Origin: the human T2T-CHM13v2.0 reference genome, Homo sapiens
NCBI RefSeq assembly: GCF_009914755.1
Contig: NC_060945.1
Length of the DNA: 64,000 nt
Reading direction: 5' to 3' (one strand)
Part shown: positions 28,201 through 41,944 of the stretch, in pieces
How positions within the stretch are numbered: position 1 is the first letter of the stretch
Layout of the letters: each line of letters opens with the position of its first letter
The notes under the pieces: generated by a model
The model's input: only the letters and a program-made list of their open reading frames with translations
What the model was told of the DNA's origin: nothing
Database searches by the model: none
Translations under genes and position numbers: made by a program

Positions 28201-29789
28201 ACAGACTTTTTTTTTTTTCCTTTGGGTATAAACCCAGACAAAGGATTCCTGAATTATAAGGTGGCTCTCATTTTCTTTTTGGGAGGAACTTTTATACCAC
28301 TTTCTATGATGGCCATGCCAATTTACATTCCCAACAAGTGTTCCTTTTTATCTACTTCCTCTTCAGTACTTGTTATTGTTCATCTCTTTGAATAAAGCCA
28401 TTCTAATGAAGTGATTTTTCACTCTGGTTTTAATTTGCATTCCCCTAATGATTAGTGATGCTGAGCACTTTTTTAGGTACTTGTTGGCCATTTGTATGTC
28501 TTCTTTTGAGAAATATCAATTAAAGATAATTTGCCCATTTTAAAATCAGGTTGTTTTCTTGATATTGATTTGCTTGAGTTATTTGTATATTTTGAATATT
28601 AACCCTCTATCAGATGTGTGGTTTGCAAATATTTTCTCACATTATTTGAATTGTCTCTGCTGAGCTTTCACAGCTGGCATACATTCGCATGTATATGTGT
28701 GCATCAATAATTTATACTACTTGTTCCTGTTATTACATCCTACAGATATAACAGAGTTTGTTTATCTAGTACCTATTGATGGACATTTTACGTGTTTTTA
28801 GTTATTGACTACTATGACAAAAAACTTCTGCAAAGATTTTTGCAGATTGTGTGGATATATAAATACTATTCTCTGGAATAAACATTTTTGTTTGATTTCT
28901 TCAGGTAAATTTTTCAAAAGCAAAGAATTATAATTTTGCTGTCGTCTAGTTTATTAAATTTATCAAACTGTTATACGGTTCGTGTTTTTTCTGAAAAAAT
29001 ATTACCTAATTTAAGGCCATGACAATTTATGTCTAAGCTTTCTTTTTAAAGTTTTGTAGATTTTGGTTTTACCTTAGGGCTGTTATTAATTTTGAGTTCA
29101 TTTTTGTGGAGTAGGTGTTCATTATTTTTCCATGTTTATTTCTAGTTGATCAAGCACTAGTTAATAGAAAGGACTTTTCTTTTTCTAGCTAAGAGTTTGA
29201 CAAAGTTGTTGATCTTTTCAGAGTGTTAGCTTTCCATTTTGTTAATTCATATTTTCTATAATATGTCTGTTTTCCAGTTTGATGATTCTGGCTTTATCTT
29301 CATTATTTCCTTTCTTCTATGTATTTTGAATTCACCATGCACTTAGTTGTAGATTTTTTAGGTGGAATCTTAGTATATGTATTTTAGATAATTCTTATTT
29401 TCTAATAGAATCACATAACTCCAGATTTTCACTAAGCAGTGCTTTAACGGAACCCCCCAATATTGTAGTATGTTGCATTTTTGTTGTGATTCAGCTAAAA
29501 ATATAATTTTCCATTTGATTTCAACTTTGGCTCATAGTTATGTACAAGAATCTGTTTAACTTTCAGATATTTGGATTTTTCCTTGATATTTTGCTGTTAT
29601 TGATTTCTAATTTAGTTCAGTTGTGCTCAGAAAACCCTGTATTTTTTATTTTTATATGTATAAAGATTTTATTTATATCCCACCATATTAACTATTTTGG
29701 TGAATAGACGATTTTACTTGAAAAGCACATATATTCTGTAGTTGTTATTGTGTTTTAATGTCAGTTAGATCAAGGTAAATTATGGTATT

Positions 29790-30232
29790 TGCACTCATCA
29801 GGATTCCTTAGAGGGACAGAATAAGATATATATGTATATATATATATGAGTTTATTAAAGAGTATTAACTCACTCCATCACAAGGTGCCACAATAAGCCA
29901 TCTGCAGCCTGAGGACCAAGAAACCCAGTCCGAGTCCCATAGCTGAAGAACTTGTCCAATGTTCGAGGACAGGAGGCATCCAGCATGGAAGAAAGATGTA
30001 GGCTGGGCGGCTAGGCCAGTCTAGTCTTTTCACGTTTTTCTGCCTGCTTTATATTCTGGCCATGTTGGCAGCTGATTAGATGGTGCCCACCCAGATTAAG
30101 GGTGGGTCTGCCTTTTCCAGTCCACTGACTCAAATGTTAATCTCCTTTGGCAACACCCTGGCAGATACACCCAAGAGCAATACTTTGCATCCTTCAATCC
30201 AGTCAAGTTGACCTTCAGTATTAACCATCACA
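29790..30232 (-). mobile_element. MLT2A (HERV-L) solo LTR
   Basis: Ends ...caagttgaccttcagtattaaccatcaca (reverse complement of the MLT2A start). Perfect 5-bp TSD gtatt at 29785-29789 and 30233-30237. Confidence 0.92.
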
Positions 30233-30401
30233 GTATTGTTTAAAACTTCTATCCTTACTGAATTTTTATTATAGCTGTTTGATCACATTAAGAGGTATTA
30301 AAATCTTCTACCATGACTGTGAACTATTTTTTCTCTCTTTTCTTTGCATTATGTATTTTGAGGCTTACAATGAGACACATAAACATTTATACTTTGTGTG
30401 T

Positions 30402-30880
30402 TGTGTTACTTTCCTGTTGCTGCTGTAATCAATTACAAAAGACTTAGTTGTATAATAAAACAAATTTATTGTCTTAACCATTTTGGAAGTCAGAGGTCTG
30501 AAATGATTCTCACTGGGCTAAAATCATGTGTGGGTCGGGCTGTGTTCCCTTGTGGAAGCTCCAGAAGGATTCTGTTTTCTTGTTTTTTTTTTCAGCTTCT
30601 CTGAGGCTGCCCACATTCCTTGCCTCATGGATTCCTTCCTTTCTCAGAGCCTGCAATGGCAGATCTAGTCTTTCTCACATCATATCACTCTGACTCTTTT
30701 TTCTTCTTCACAAGTCCATCTCTGTCTCAAACTTTCCTTGCAATTAATTGCATCCACTTGGATAATTCAAGATAACTTTCTCATGTCAACATCTTTACCT
30801 TGGTCGCAGCTGGTAATGTGTTTGCAGTTTCCGAAGGTAAAGGTGTCAGTATCTTTGGGAGGTCGTTATTCTCCCTCCCG
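30402..30880 (-). mobile_element. MLT1C/D MaLR solo LTR
   Basis: ttcctgttgctgctgtaa...tggaagtcagaggtctgaaatg...gaggctgcccacattccttg. Confidence 0.8.
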
Positions 30881-31084
30881 TTTGTGTCTTTATGAATATC
30901 CCCTTTCATCAGAATAAAATACCTCTCTTTTTCTCTGCTGATCTCTCACTTGACATATCTTAGCTAATAATCAAATATCTACGCTAGCCCTCTTATGCTT
31001 TTTGTTTGTATAACACTTTCCATTCATTTACTTTTAACCTGTCTGCATTTTTATGTGAAATTAAAATGTGTCTTTTTAGGCAGC

Positions 31085-31335
31085 ATATGATAGAATATTG
31101 CTTTCTCATTGACTGTAAATCTCCTTATAATTGGAGTGTTTAACAAGCAGTCAGTAATTAACAGGGTCAGGGAATAAATATTTTACTTTTTCTGGGCTAC
31201 ATACAGTCTCTGCCATATTTTTTTTTCTCTTGTAAACCATGAAAAATGTAAAGACCATCCTCATCTCTGAGTCACATATAAAAGAAGCCCTTGGGCAAGA
31301 CTTTGCCCATGGGCTATAATTTGCCATCCACTGGT
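31085..31335. mobile_element. MER58-like hAT-Charlie element
   Basis: taaatatttta...catacagtctctg...tttgcccatgggctataatttgccatccactg. Confidence 0.65.
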
Positions 31336-32435
31336 TTAGGCTATTAAGTTTAATGCCATTGTTGTTACTATTTCATTTAGGCCTACAATTTTTATTTATA
31401 TTCTGTTTTTTTTTCCTATGTTTTTTTCACATTCTATGCCCATTTTTCTGCCTTCTATTGAGTTATTCGAAGTTTTAGTATTTGATTTTAATTTATATAT
31501 TGGCAATATTTTTGGTTTTTGTTTTGTTTCATTTTGTTTTGTTTTAAGCGATTCTATAGGAATTTTAAAATACAAACCTACATTTTCAAAGTTTCCTTGA
31601 AATAGACTTGAGTTCATATTTTGACACTTTACATAAAATGTGAAACATTGCAACCATTTGGATTCCTTACACACACCTTATCTAATTATCTTTTTGACAT
31701 CATGCATTACATCTCAAATCATTAAAAATCCCATCAGGAATTAAGATATTTTTTCTTTTAAGTAGTTACGCATATTTTAAAGAACTAAAAAAATATTTTA
31801 TATGTATTCATCTATATGTGGTTTCTTTATTCTTCCTTCATTTTTGAAGATCCCAATTTTTTTTCATCTGAAGAAGTTTCTTCTCCATTTCTTGTAGAGC
31901 AGATTTTCCAGAGATAAATTCCATTAATTTATCTTTCATCAAATGTCCACTACACCTCTTCCTTCCTATTTCTGAAGGATTGTTTTTCTTTGCTCTTGAG
32001 AATTCTACATTGACATTTCTTTAAGCATGGGGTTTCACTATCTTCTAGTCTCCTCTGTTTTCAAAGAGAAAGCCATATAAATTGACCCATTGTTCCCTCA
32101 TATGCCATATATCATTTTATCTAACTGCTTTAAAGCTATTTTCTTTACCTTTGTTATTTATCAATTTGATTAGGATAAGTCTAAGTATTGTTTTCTTTGA
32201 ATTTTCTTATTTGGAGTGTACTGAGCTTCTGGAATGTGGGGATTTATATTTGTCAATATGCTTGAGCCACTATTTCTTTCTGGCCACTATTTCTGCAATT
32301 TTTTTGTGTGTGTAATCTCTTACTAATCTCTGGAACTTTACTTACACATATGTTATACCCTTTGAAATTGTTTCACAGGCTCATGATATACTTTTCAGTT
32401 TTATCTATCTCATTTCTCACTGCCCTTCCAATTAG

Positions 32436-32867
<432 letters not shown>

Positions 32868-35383
32868 TAAGTTCTAAAATTTCAATTTGCTCCATTTTAT
32901 TCTTTCTTTTTACTGAAAAGTCCTATAGTTTCATCCATTTCATTTTATCTATTTTAGAATATATACATTTTCTTCACCTCATAAATGATAAGCAAAGCTG
33001 CTCTAAAATAGTTGCTCTAAAATCTACTATCTGATAAATTTAACATCTAGGTCATTTTAGTATTTGCATGTGTTTGTTGTATTGTTCCTTTACAATTCAC
33101 CTCACTGTACTGGTTGTCAAAAAATACTGAATTTTGTCCTGGATATTGTAAATATTATGTTGTGCATTCTCTGTATCTTTAGATAAATATGTGGGGATTT
33201 TATTTTTCAAGGAGTTAATCACCTCTAAGTTTTGTGTTCCATCCTGTCAGCAGTGACTCAAACCTCAAGTGATTTCTCAAAGCTTTTGCTGTGCTGGTTT
33301 GTGCGTGCAGAGCTAGGGCATAGGCTAAAATTTCTGTGGGTTTTTACACAGAATTTTGACATACCCTTCTCTGACTCCTAGCTGAGATTACCCTCACACT
33401 CTCCAACATTATGTATGCTTTTTTCCAAGATACCTCTGTCCTTCTGGACAAGTTTTAGTTACCACGATCACTTTGAACCTCTTCAACTAGGGCCCGTCCC
33501 CTGGGAAAAGCCTTGAGAGAAAAACAAAGAAAAAAAATGGAAGCTAGTTTTCATTTCCCATCACAATCTTCCTGATTTTTTTCCTCTTGAGAACCCTTGG
33601 ATAGTTGTTTTTGAAATTTATTTCATATTATTTTCAGAGTTCTAAATTCTTATTAGTAGTGAAGATGTACTATCTTGGGTTTCAGCTGCCATTATATAAT
33701 GAAAAATCTTTATATATTCTACTTCTAGTACAACTTTAAAGCATTAATATATTTGGTATGTCTAGTGTCTGGAACCAATAACCTACGTGTTTTAGTTTCA
33801 GTTTTCAGCAGTATTTTTATTATTTTTCTTTTTTAAAATTTATTTTTCACATTGGTTAGAGTATTTTACATCATATATTCTCAAAAACATTATTTTTGTA
33901 ATGTAAGATTGTTTAAACTACAAAATTTAAAAAAGTGTTTAAGTATCTTTTCTTTCTGTCAGTGTATCAGTCCTTTGGACAGTCAATTTTGTTTAATATT
34001 TTCTTCATTAGCCTGGTGTTTGTTGACATGTTTACATAGAGACAAAAACTATCTTCATGAAAACTGTAATAAGTTTACTGGTAGATATATAAGTATTTTA
34101 AATTTTAATTTGAAAGATATTATAACTTTAGCTGAATTTAGAGTTATATGTTTAAAGTCTTAAATAGTATCCTTTAACTATAAAACGTTATTTCTACTCA
34201 TATAGAATGAATTTCACATAAAGCAAAAGAAAATCTTTAAGATCACTAAACAAATTCTCAAATTTTGTCATGGATTATATTTACATATTTTATTTTATTT
34301 TTTATTTCTATTGAAAGTTTTTTTTCTTATGGATCTAACCTATGCTTGATGAATGCCATTTTTAGACTGGTTATTAATGTCTTACATGTTTGTTATAAAT
34401 TACTTGTGAGTCTCTAGCAGTCTAGTTTCCTTTTTGATTAATCTAGATTCTTATAGTATTTCTTTACATACATTCATGAAAATTTATTATTTTTCACAAT
34501 TAAAGTTACTCATGAATTCCAGGAAAATACCAAATATATTGGAAATCTACCTCACGTTTCCAAACTTTTGCTACATATAAGAATAAATTTTTAACTTTAG
34601 CATGATACTGACTTGCTCATATATTTGCCTAACCTCTTCACTATTGTAGATACAAGATTATTACCTTCTAAGTGACCTATAATTAATTGAAAGACCAAAT
34701 CATGTAAATAATGTTTAAAGTAGATGAATACGATGATAGAAAATTCACTTATGGTAAATTATATAAATATGCTAGTGAAAGATTGATGAATACTTAAGTA
34801 GAAAGTAATATAATTCTTAATATTAATTTCATTAGTTGCTACAGTTCAGGTTTTATTTTTTGTAATAGAAATAGAAAAAATATCACGAGATATATGTCTA
34901 CATTTAGTGGGGTATTGGGTTAGATAACCATTTGGAATATGTAACCATGATTGTAATTTAAAATTTAGCCTGTCCTCTCTTTTAGTTACACTCCTTTTAA
35001 GCCTGTATGATTGCATTATGAAAGTTGAAACTTGTTTTTTTTTACGTTTATGCCACCACTATTTATTAAATCTTAATTCCCTTTATGTGAAGATTATGAC
35101 ACATTTTTAGTTGTATATTGCAATCAAATGCCCATGATATATGTGGAAGTTGTCTAATAAGTATATTTTTTGGCAGTTGAAGCCTGGTTTGTTATTAGAT
35201 ATTTTATTTCGCAACAAATTCATAATAGTAATAAAACTCTTAGTACCTTATGTGAAAGGCCACAAAAAGCTATTGTCGTAATTAAATATTTACCTATTAA
35301 TAAAGCTCAGAATACTTTTGTTATGCATCATGGCCATCAAAGTTGTATGGAGACAAAAAATTACAAAGACATTACACAATGTT

Positions 35384-35385
<2 letters not shown>

Positions 35386-35426
<41 letters not shown>

Positions 35427-35448
35427 CACACACACATACACACACACA
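35386..35448. repeat. (CA)n microsatellite
   Basis: Long CA run with a few interruptions. Confidence 0.97.
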
Positions 35449-37027
35449 ATTACCAGAACAGTCTTATACCACCTGAACCAAGCACCTACAGGGTAATACT
35501 GCTAAGAGTGAGTAGAAAAGAGTCAAACCATTTATAATTTGATAGAAGCCGCATTTACTGTAATAGCACTAAACTTAAGGTGTTAGAAAATTAAGCCTTT
35601 TTTTGCTCAAAACCTCTTTTGTGTTTCAGCTTAAACAGATTTCTTGGCATTCTTCCAGTTCATTTTCAACATTTCCGAGGCGTTACTTTACTAAGAAGCA
35701 GGAATTGAACTAAACTTCCAATTTCTAAAACAAAGGAGAAAACAGGCATGTGATATACAGTTTAATGCAGTAAGCACTGGTTACATAGTATGTTTGATTA
35801 CAATTAGAATATCATTAAGTTTTGTGACTAGGTAATCATTACATAGTAACTATTAATTAGACTTAATTATTTTATGTATAAATTTAATTTAACAGTTACA
35901 TACTAACAATGCATGCTAAGAAATATTAGAAATTTTCATTTACTTTTTTTTTCTATTTGAGCTTGCTGCACCTGCCTTTAATTCTCCTTAGACATAATGG
36001 TGATTTGTAAATGCATTTTCTCCTGTAGCATAAAAGAGAGAGTTAGCAGTATCAGATACATTCTAAGGTTATGGTTACATTAAATAATCCCATAACACAG
36101 AATCATGTTACTTATTTACATGCTGTCCATATAATTAATAGATGTGTGCTTTATTGAGTAATTCTTATCTCAAATTCTCTGAATATAACAGTGGATATAC
36201 ATTCTCTATATATAAAGTGATTTTACTAGCATGATTGGTTAGATGTATAGGATGAGGTAAATAAGATGTGAACATAATTTAAACATATAAAGAAGCTTAT
36301 TTCAGTAAACACTTAGAAATTAGAAAAATTCCTTGGTCATAGCAGACACACATTTTATATCTGTGATTAAAATCTTGTCTTATGACCCTGACTTTTACAC
36401 TCACCATAGTACATTTAAGCCAATGAAACTTTAAAGAAGATGGCTCATTTGCAGACATAAATTGGTTCTACTGCCTGCAACTATTTAGGTTTTATGTCCA
36501 GTATGGTAATTTCAAGGACAGCAACTGAGAAAAATGGAAAGCATATCTCTTCATCCAGAAGATAAAAAGAACAGACCATTAAAAAAGAAAGGTGAAGAGT
36601 CTTTTATTGTTAAGCTGTAGATTTTTAACCCAAACTTTATGTGAGCCCCCTGGGAAAATGTGAAATACCACATTCTTCATGTGTATAGATACTGTCGATT
36701 GTCCTCGTTTTATAACATTATTGTCTCTCTGACAGGTGTTATTTGATTCAGATCAGATCTTGTTAAAATGTATTTCAGAGATAATGGTAAGAAAATTTTT
36801 AAGGAACTTTGGAAATATTCAATCCTTGAGATGATAAGCCTTAGAAGTGAACAAACAGCAAACAAATAAATAAAAACATATTTTGTAACTGGATTTATCA
36901 CTGCCTGTTGGCGTCTGTTTAACAGTCAGAAATACTAAAGTCTACTTGAATCTTACCCTTGCTTTCTGTCCTTTCTCTGGAATGAAGACCTTGCCCTGGG
37001 AATCCCAGTTCTCACTGGGACAATGAA

Positions 37028-37198
37028 TATCTTAGTTCAAGCTGCTGTACTAAAATAGCACAGATAGGGTGGGTTAAACAACAAACATTTATTTCTCTAA
37101 ATCTAGGGGCTATAAGTTGGAGATTAGGATGCTAGCACGGTTGGGTGACTGGTAAGGGCCCTCTTTTTGGTTATGTACTGGCATGGCCTTTACTTGGT

Positions 37199-37233
<35 letters not shown>

Positions 37234-37401
37234 TCTGGTGTCCCTTTCTCTTTTTATAAGGGCAGTAATCCCATCACAGGTGTTTCACCCTCATAACGTC
37301 ACTTAAACCTAATTGCTCCCCAAAGGCCCTACTTCCAAATACCATTACTTTGAGGGTTAGGAATTTAACATAGCAATTTAGGGAGGACACAAGCATTCAG
37401 T
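37028..37401 (-). mobile_element. MLT1A-type solo LTR with internal (CA)n
   Basis: tcttagttcaagctgctgt...ctccccaaaggccctacttccaaataccat...gacacaagcattcagt. Confidence 0.8.
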
Positions 37402-37559
37402 GAGCTTTCTGGGTTTAACAGAGAAGACACCTCATGGATAGGACAAGTACAGAATTTCCACAGCGTGAGGGGACAGCAAGTCATCTGCCACAAGGTCTTA
37501 GTGTATCTTTCAGGATATTCAAGACAAAAAAAAAAACTCAGTGAAGTCTGTAACAGCTC

Positions 37560-38560
37560 AGTATGATGTGATCTCAGCCTCACACTGTTCATATGGATCT
37601 AATCCTAAAACATTGGTTAATTCATTTAAATTACCAAGTTTCAATTTCCCATTTTGTAAAGTGAAAGAGACATATCTATGAATTAAGGCATACTGAGGTT
37701 AGGGTTGTAATTAAATTTTTTCAACAATATGAATCAGCCGTATGGTACACACCAAGCCCTCTTCTAGGATTTTAGTGTATAGAATTGAATAAAGCAAACA
37801 AACACCCCTGCTTTCATGGACATTGGCAAGAGAAACCAATGACTTTAAAAAATAAAGTAGAAAAATAATGTGGGAAACAGTGAGAAAGTCTAAGGAAGAA
37901 AAAAGTAAAACAGTGCAGTGAGACACATCAGTCAGCTTGCCATAATAATTATGCATCATAAACACCCAAAAACACAGTGTCATACGATAATTATCACGTT
38001 GGAAACTGCTGATCAAAGCCAGGTTTGAATAAGGAGCTTGGCTTCAAACAGCAGTGCTTGACTCATTGGTATGGATCCAGTAACACATATAACCAGGCTG
38101 AAGAGGCAATAAGTACAGAGAGGATATCATCTTATGGTGATGGCAGAAGCACAAGAAAACAAGCCCGACAACAAAGACATATTTAAAGTGTTTGTTCACA
38201 TCACATCCAAAAATGTCATGTGGCTAAGCCAAACGTCAGTTCATCAGGGTAATACACTAGCGTTCTATTTGGAGGTCTTTTGGAGTGAAATTTTGCTAAA
38301 CAGTTTAATCCATATCAGACATATATGCTTGTGGGTGAAATTTTAGGTAGATAAAGAAAATATGGTAAGAGAGGGACCTGCTGCAAATGTAGGAAAAGTA
38401 CATTCCAGGCAGAGGGAACAAGGGCAGATTATTCAAGCAAGAGCAATTCTAGGAAATTCAAGAGGCAGCGCAGAGGCTAATGTTGCTGAAGCTGAATAAG
38501 CAAGGGTCAGAGAGGAGGGGAAGATGAGGCCATGAAGTTAACAAGCTGCCAGATGTTATA
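37560..38560. mobile_element. MIR, L2 and old MLT1 fragments
   Basis: MIR core (tttcccattttgtaaagtg) and minus-strand L2 motifs (cattccaggcagagggaaca). Confidence 0.55.
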
Positions 38561-38924
38561 GAGATGTGCTGTCCAGTCCGGCAGCCACTTGTTACATATG
38601 GCTATGGAGCACTGGAAATGCTGCCGGTACAACTGAGCAACTGAAATTTTGATTTCTTTTTACTTTAATTAACTTAAATTTAAAATGTGATGCTCGATTT
38701 AGTTATTGGAAAACTTTTAAGTAGTTTTGGAACAAATTGAGTATGTGAATCTGTTTATTCGGTTGTACATTATATAAAATCTAAATGCAGAAGAGGCTTT
38801 CCCAATACAACTCTAGTGGCTTATTTGAGATATGCTGTAAGTGTAAAGTACACAACAGGTTTTGAACTCTTAGAACAAAAAATAAAGGATATAAAATATC
38901 TCACTAACTATATCTCACTAATTT

Positions 38925-39865
38925 TGTTACTTATTTTTAATTTATATGGATATGTATTAGTTGTATGTATTTAAGGGATCCATGCTACATTCTAATGCAA
39001 GCAAAAGTGTGTAATCCTCAAATCTGGGTAACTGGGATATCCCTCACTTCAAACAGTTATCATTTCTTTGTGTTGAGAACTGTACGAGTCTGTTCTCACG
39101 TTGCTAATAAAAGCATACCGTAGACTGGTCATTTATAAAAGAAAAAGATGTAATCAACTCACAGTTCCACATGGGTGGGGGGAAGCCTTACAATCATTGC
39201 TGAAGGCAAATGAGGAGCAAAGTCATGTCTTACATGGTGGCAGGCAAGAGAGTGTGTGCACGGGAATTCCCTTTAAAAAAGCATCAGATGTTATGAGACT
39301 TACTCAGTATCACAAGAACAGCACTGGAAAGACCCACTCCCATGATTCAGTTACCTCCCACCAATCCCCTTCCATGACACATGGGAATTATGGTAGCTAC
39401 AATTCAAGATGAGATTTGAGTAGGGACACAGCTAAACCATATTGGGAACATTCTAAGTCTTATAGCTATTTTGACATATACAGTAAGTTATTGTTAACTA
39501 TAGTTGCCCTCTTGTGCTACCAATCACTACGTCTTATTCCTCCTATCTAACTGCAATTTTGTACCCATTAACCAATCTCTCTTCATTTTTCCCTGCTCAA
39601 TATCCTTTCCAGCCTCTGGTAACCACCATTCTATTCTTCCTCCATGAGATCAGTTTTTTCAGCTCCCAAATATAAGTGAGAACATTGTCTTTTACCGCCT
39701 GACTTATTTCACTCAGTGTCCTCTGGTTTCGTCTATATTGCTGCAAATAATAAGATTTCATTCTCTTTTATGGCTGAATAACATTCCATTGTGTACGTGT
39801 CTCACATTTTCTTTATCCATTCATGCACTGGTGAACACTTAGGTTGATTCCATATTATGGCTATT
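38925..39865 (-). mobile_element. L1MA 3' region
   Basis: Reverse-strand L1MA 3' UTR, continuous across the THE1 insertion. Confidence 0.8.
39081..39444 (-). mobile_element. THE1 (B/C) solo LTR
   Basis: ...ctacaattcaagatgagatttgagtagggacacagctaaaccatat. TSD agaac/ggaac. Confidence 0.9.
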
Positions 39866-40157
39866 ATTATTATTATGAGGCGGAGTCTCACTCTGTTGCC
39901 AGGCTATAGTGCAGTGGCACGATCTTGGCTTACTGCAACCTCCACCTCTCCGGTTCAAGCTATTCTCCTGCCTCAGCCTCCCGAGTAGCTGGGACTACAG
40001 TCACGTGCCACCATGCCCAGCTAATTTTTGTATTTTTAGTAGCGACAGGCTTTGACCATGTTGACCAGGATGGTCTCTATCTCTTGACCTCATGATCCAC
40101 CCTCCTCGGCCTCCCAAAGTGCTGGGATTACAGGTGCGAGCCACCGCGCCACCTGGC
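39861..40157 (-). mobile_element. AluSc-like
   Basis: Reverse-complement Alu with (ATT)n tail. Confidence 0.92.
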
Positions 40158-41077
40158 TATTATTTTTTTTTATATTGACTACGTGTTGAAATTATACCAC
40201 TGTAAATATATTGGCTTGCATTATGTTATTACAATTAATTTGACCTTTATTCTGTTTCTTTTTCAGTATGGCTCTTAGAAAATTTAACATTGCATAGGTG
40301 GCTCCCATTGCCATTGTCTATATTAGACAGCACTAATATAGAGCTTTATAATATCAAGGAGGACTTTGAAAAGGATGAGAGGCCACTGGAGAGTTCTGAT
40401 CGGAGGTACAAGCAGTCTTCTCAGATCATATTTTAAGTGAATGACCTTTGCTTCAGAGCTGAGAATGGACTGAAAGGGGTACAAAGGCAGAAGCAAGGGA
40501 GGGACACCAGTAGGGAGACTATTGCAAGACATCAAGTGCATTTCATAGTGTTATTGTAATTTACATCACCTTAACATAAATGTATATAACTATTAGTGAA
40601 CATCGTTTTAAAAAGAACAAATAACATATTCAGTATATATTAATTAGAATGGATTACATTAAAGACAAGAATTGAGTTTGTTATATATTTTTCTTTATTC
40701 AAATCATTTCAAGAATTTATAAAAACAACTCGACTGTATTTTTAAGAAATGCATGCAATTCTAGAAAGCAAGAGAAAAACATTAATCACAGGGAAATATT
40801 ACATTCTAGGTATAATGTAAAATTGTGCTTTTTTATGCTAAATGTATGGTCAAAAGAGTAATGTGCCTAGTTTTAAAATAGTATTCACCTTTGTGAAAAT
40901 ATGCACACCTATATTTTTCTCTAAGTGGTTTCCAACTTGCTTGGATAATCATCACATATTGATAAGAAAAACAAACAATATTTCTGTAAGTTGTCTTAAA
41001 GTTATTCAAGAAGAAAATGGTATTTCTGTATATTCGTTTAAAAACCTTTGATTTTAGTTATTCAATTTAATAATATT

Positions 41078-41228
41078 TAGTCGAGTGTGGTAGTGCATGC
41101 ATGTAATCACACCTCCTCAGGAGGCTGAGGCAGGAGGATCATTTGAACACAGACGTTCAAGACCAGCCTGAGCAATACAGCAAGACCCCATCTCAAGTAA
41201 TAATAGTAATAATAGAAATAATAATAAT
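41078..41228 (+). mobile_element. FLAM monomer with (AAT)n tail
   Basis: Single old Alu arm. Confidence 0.8.
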
Positions 41229-41944
41229 ATTTATTGTACAACACTAGAAATAGACTGTTAGTATTTTTCAAACATGCAAATAATTGAACATACTTACAAA
41301 TATTTCAATAAGTCTAGGGAACCGGAATCTACTTATGTAGAATAGCTTAGAAAGCATCATAAATTAACATACAACTTAATGTGCTTATAAGAAAATATGT
41401 GTCATAGATAGTATACAAATGAGCAATAAGAGAAAAAACTCTTTGAAAGGTAACATCATCACAGTATTTTGAAGTAGAACCTAAGGAGGAGATAATATTG
41501 AATCTGAGTCTAATACAACATTAAAACAATAATGATCAGATAATAATTAATCTGAATCAAATGTGATATTAAAACATACATGACTAATTCAGATTAGTGT
41601 ATTTATTCACATAGATCCCTTCATTGCAAATTTACAGCTCACCAACACTAACATGTCTTCTCTCTGCTTTAGTATTGTGGACATGAAAAATTTCCTGCCC
41701 TTGGAATGAAGATGAAGGCTTAATCAGAGCAAATCTCCTCTTTAAATCATTATTTTTAGTACTCTTGGTATCTCAGAATTCTTCACATGCAACAGAATTT
41801 GAAACATTGCTGGTTAGGTACAAGTTATTTTATGATAATCCTCTTTGTTTAAATGATCTTTGATGTTTCTTGGGCTGCTAATAATTTTGCTAAGATTATA
41901 AGAGCAATTATCAATGAGTTCAGTCTAATGCCAAAAAAAAATTC

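Larger units (their letters stand above)
38565..40335. mobile_element. Charlie1/MER33-family hAT transposon split by L1MA, THE1 and Alu
   Basis: Left end gtgctgtcca...gcagccact...tggctatggagcactggaaatg and right end ...tattagacagcact form matching TIRs. Confidence 0.75.

Noticed and set aside
32996-38920. Small 14-nt tandem duplications (tgctctaaaat at ~32999/33013; tatctcactaa at ~38897/38910)
   Set aside because: Ordinary slippage indels, common in any intron
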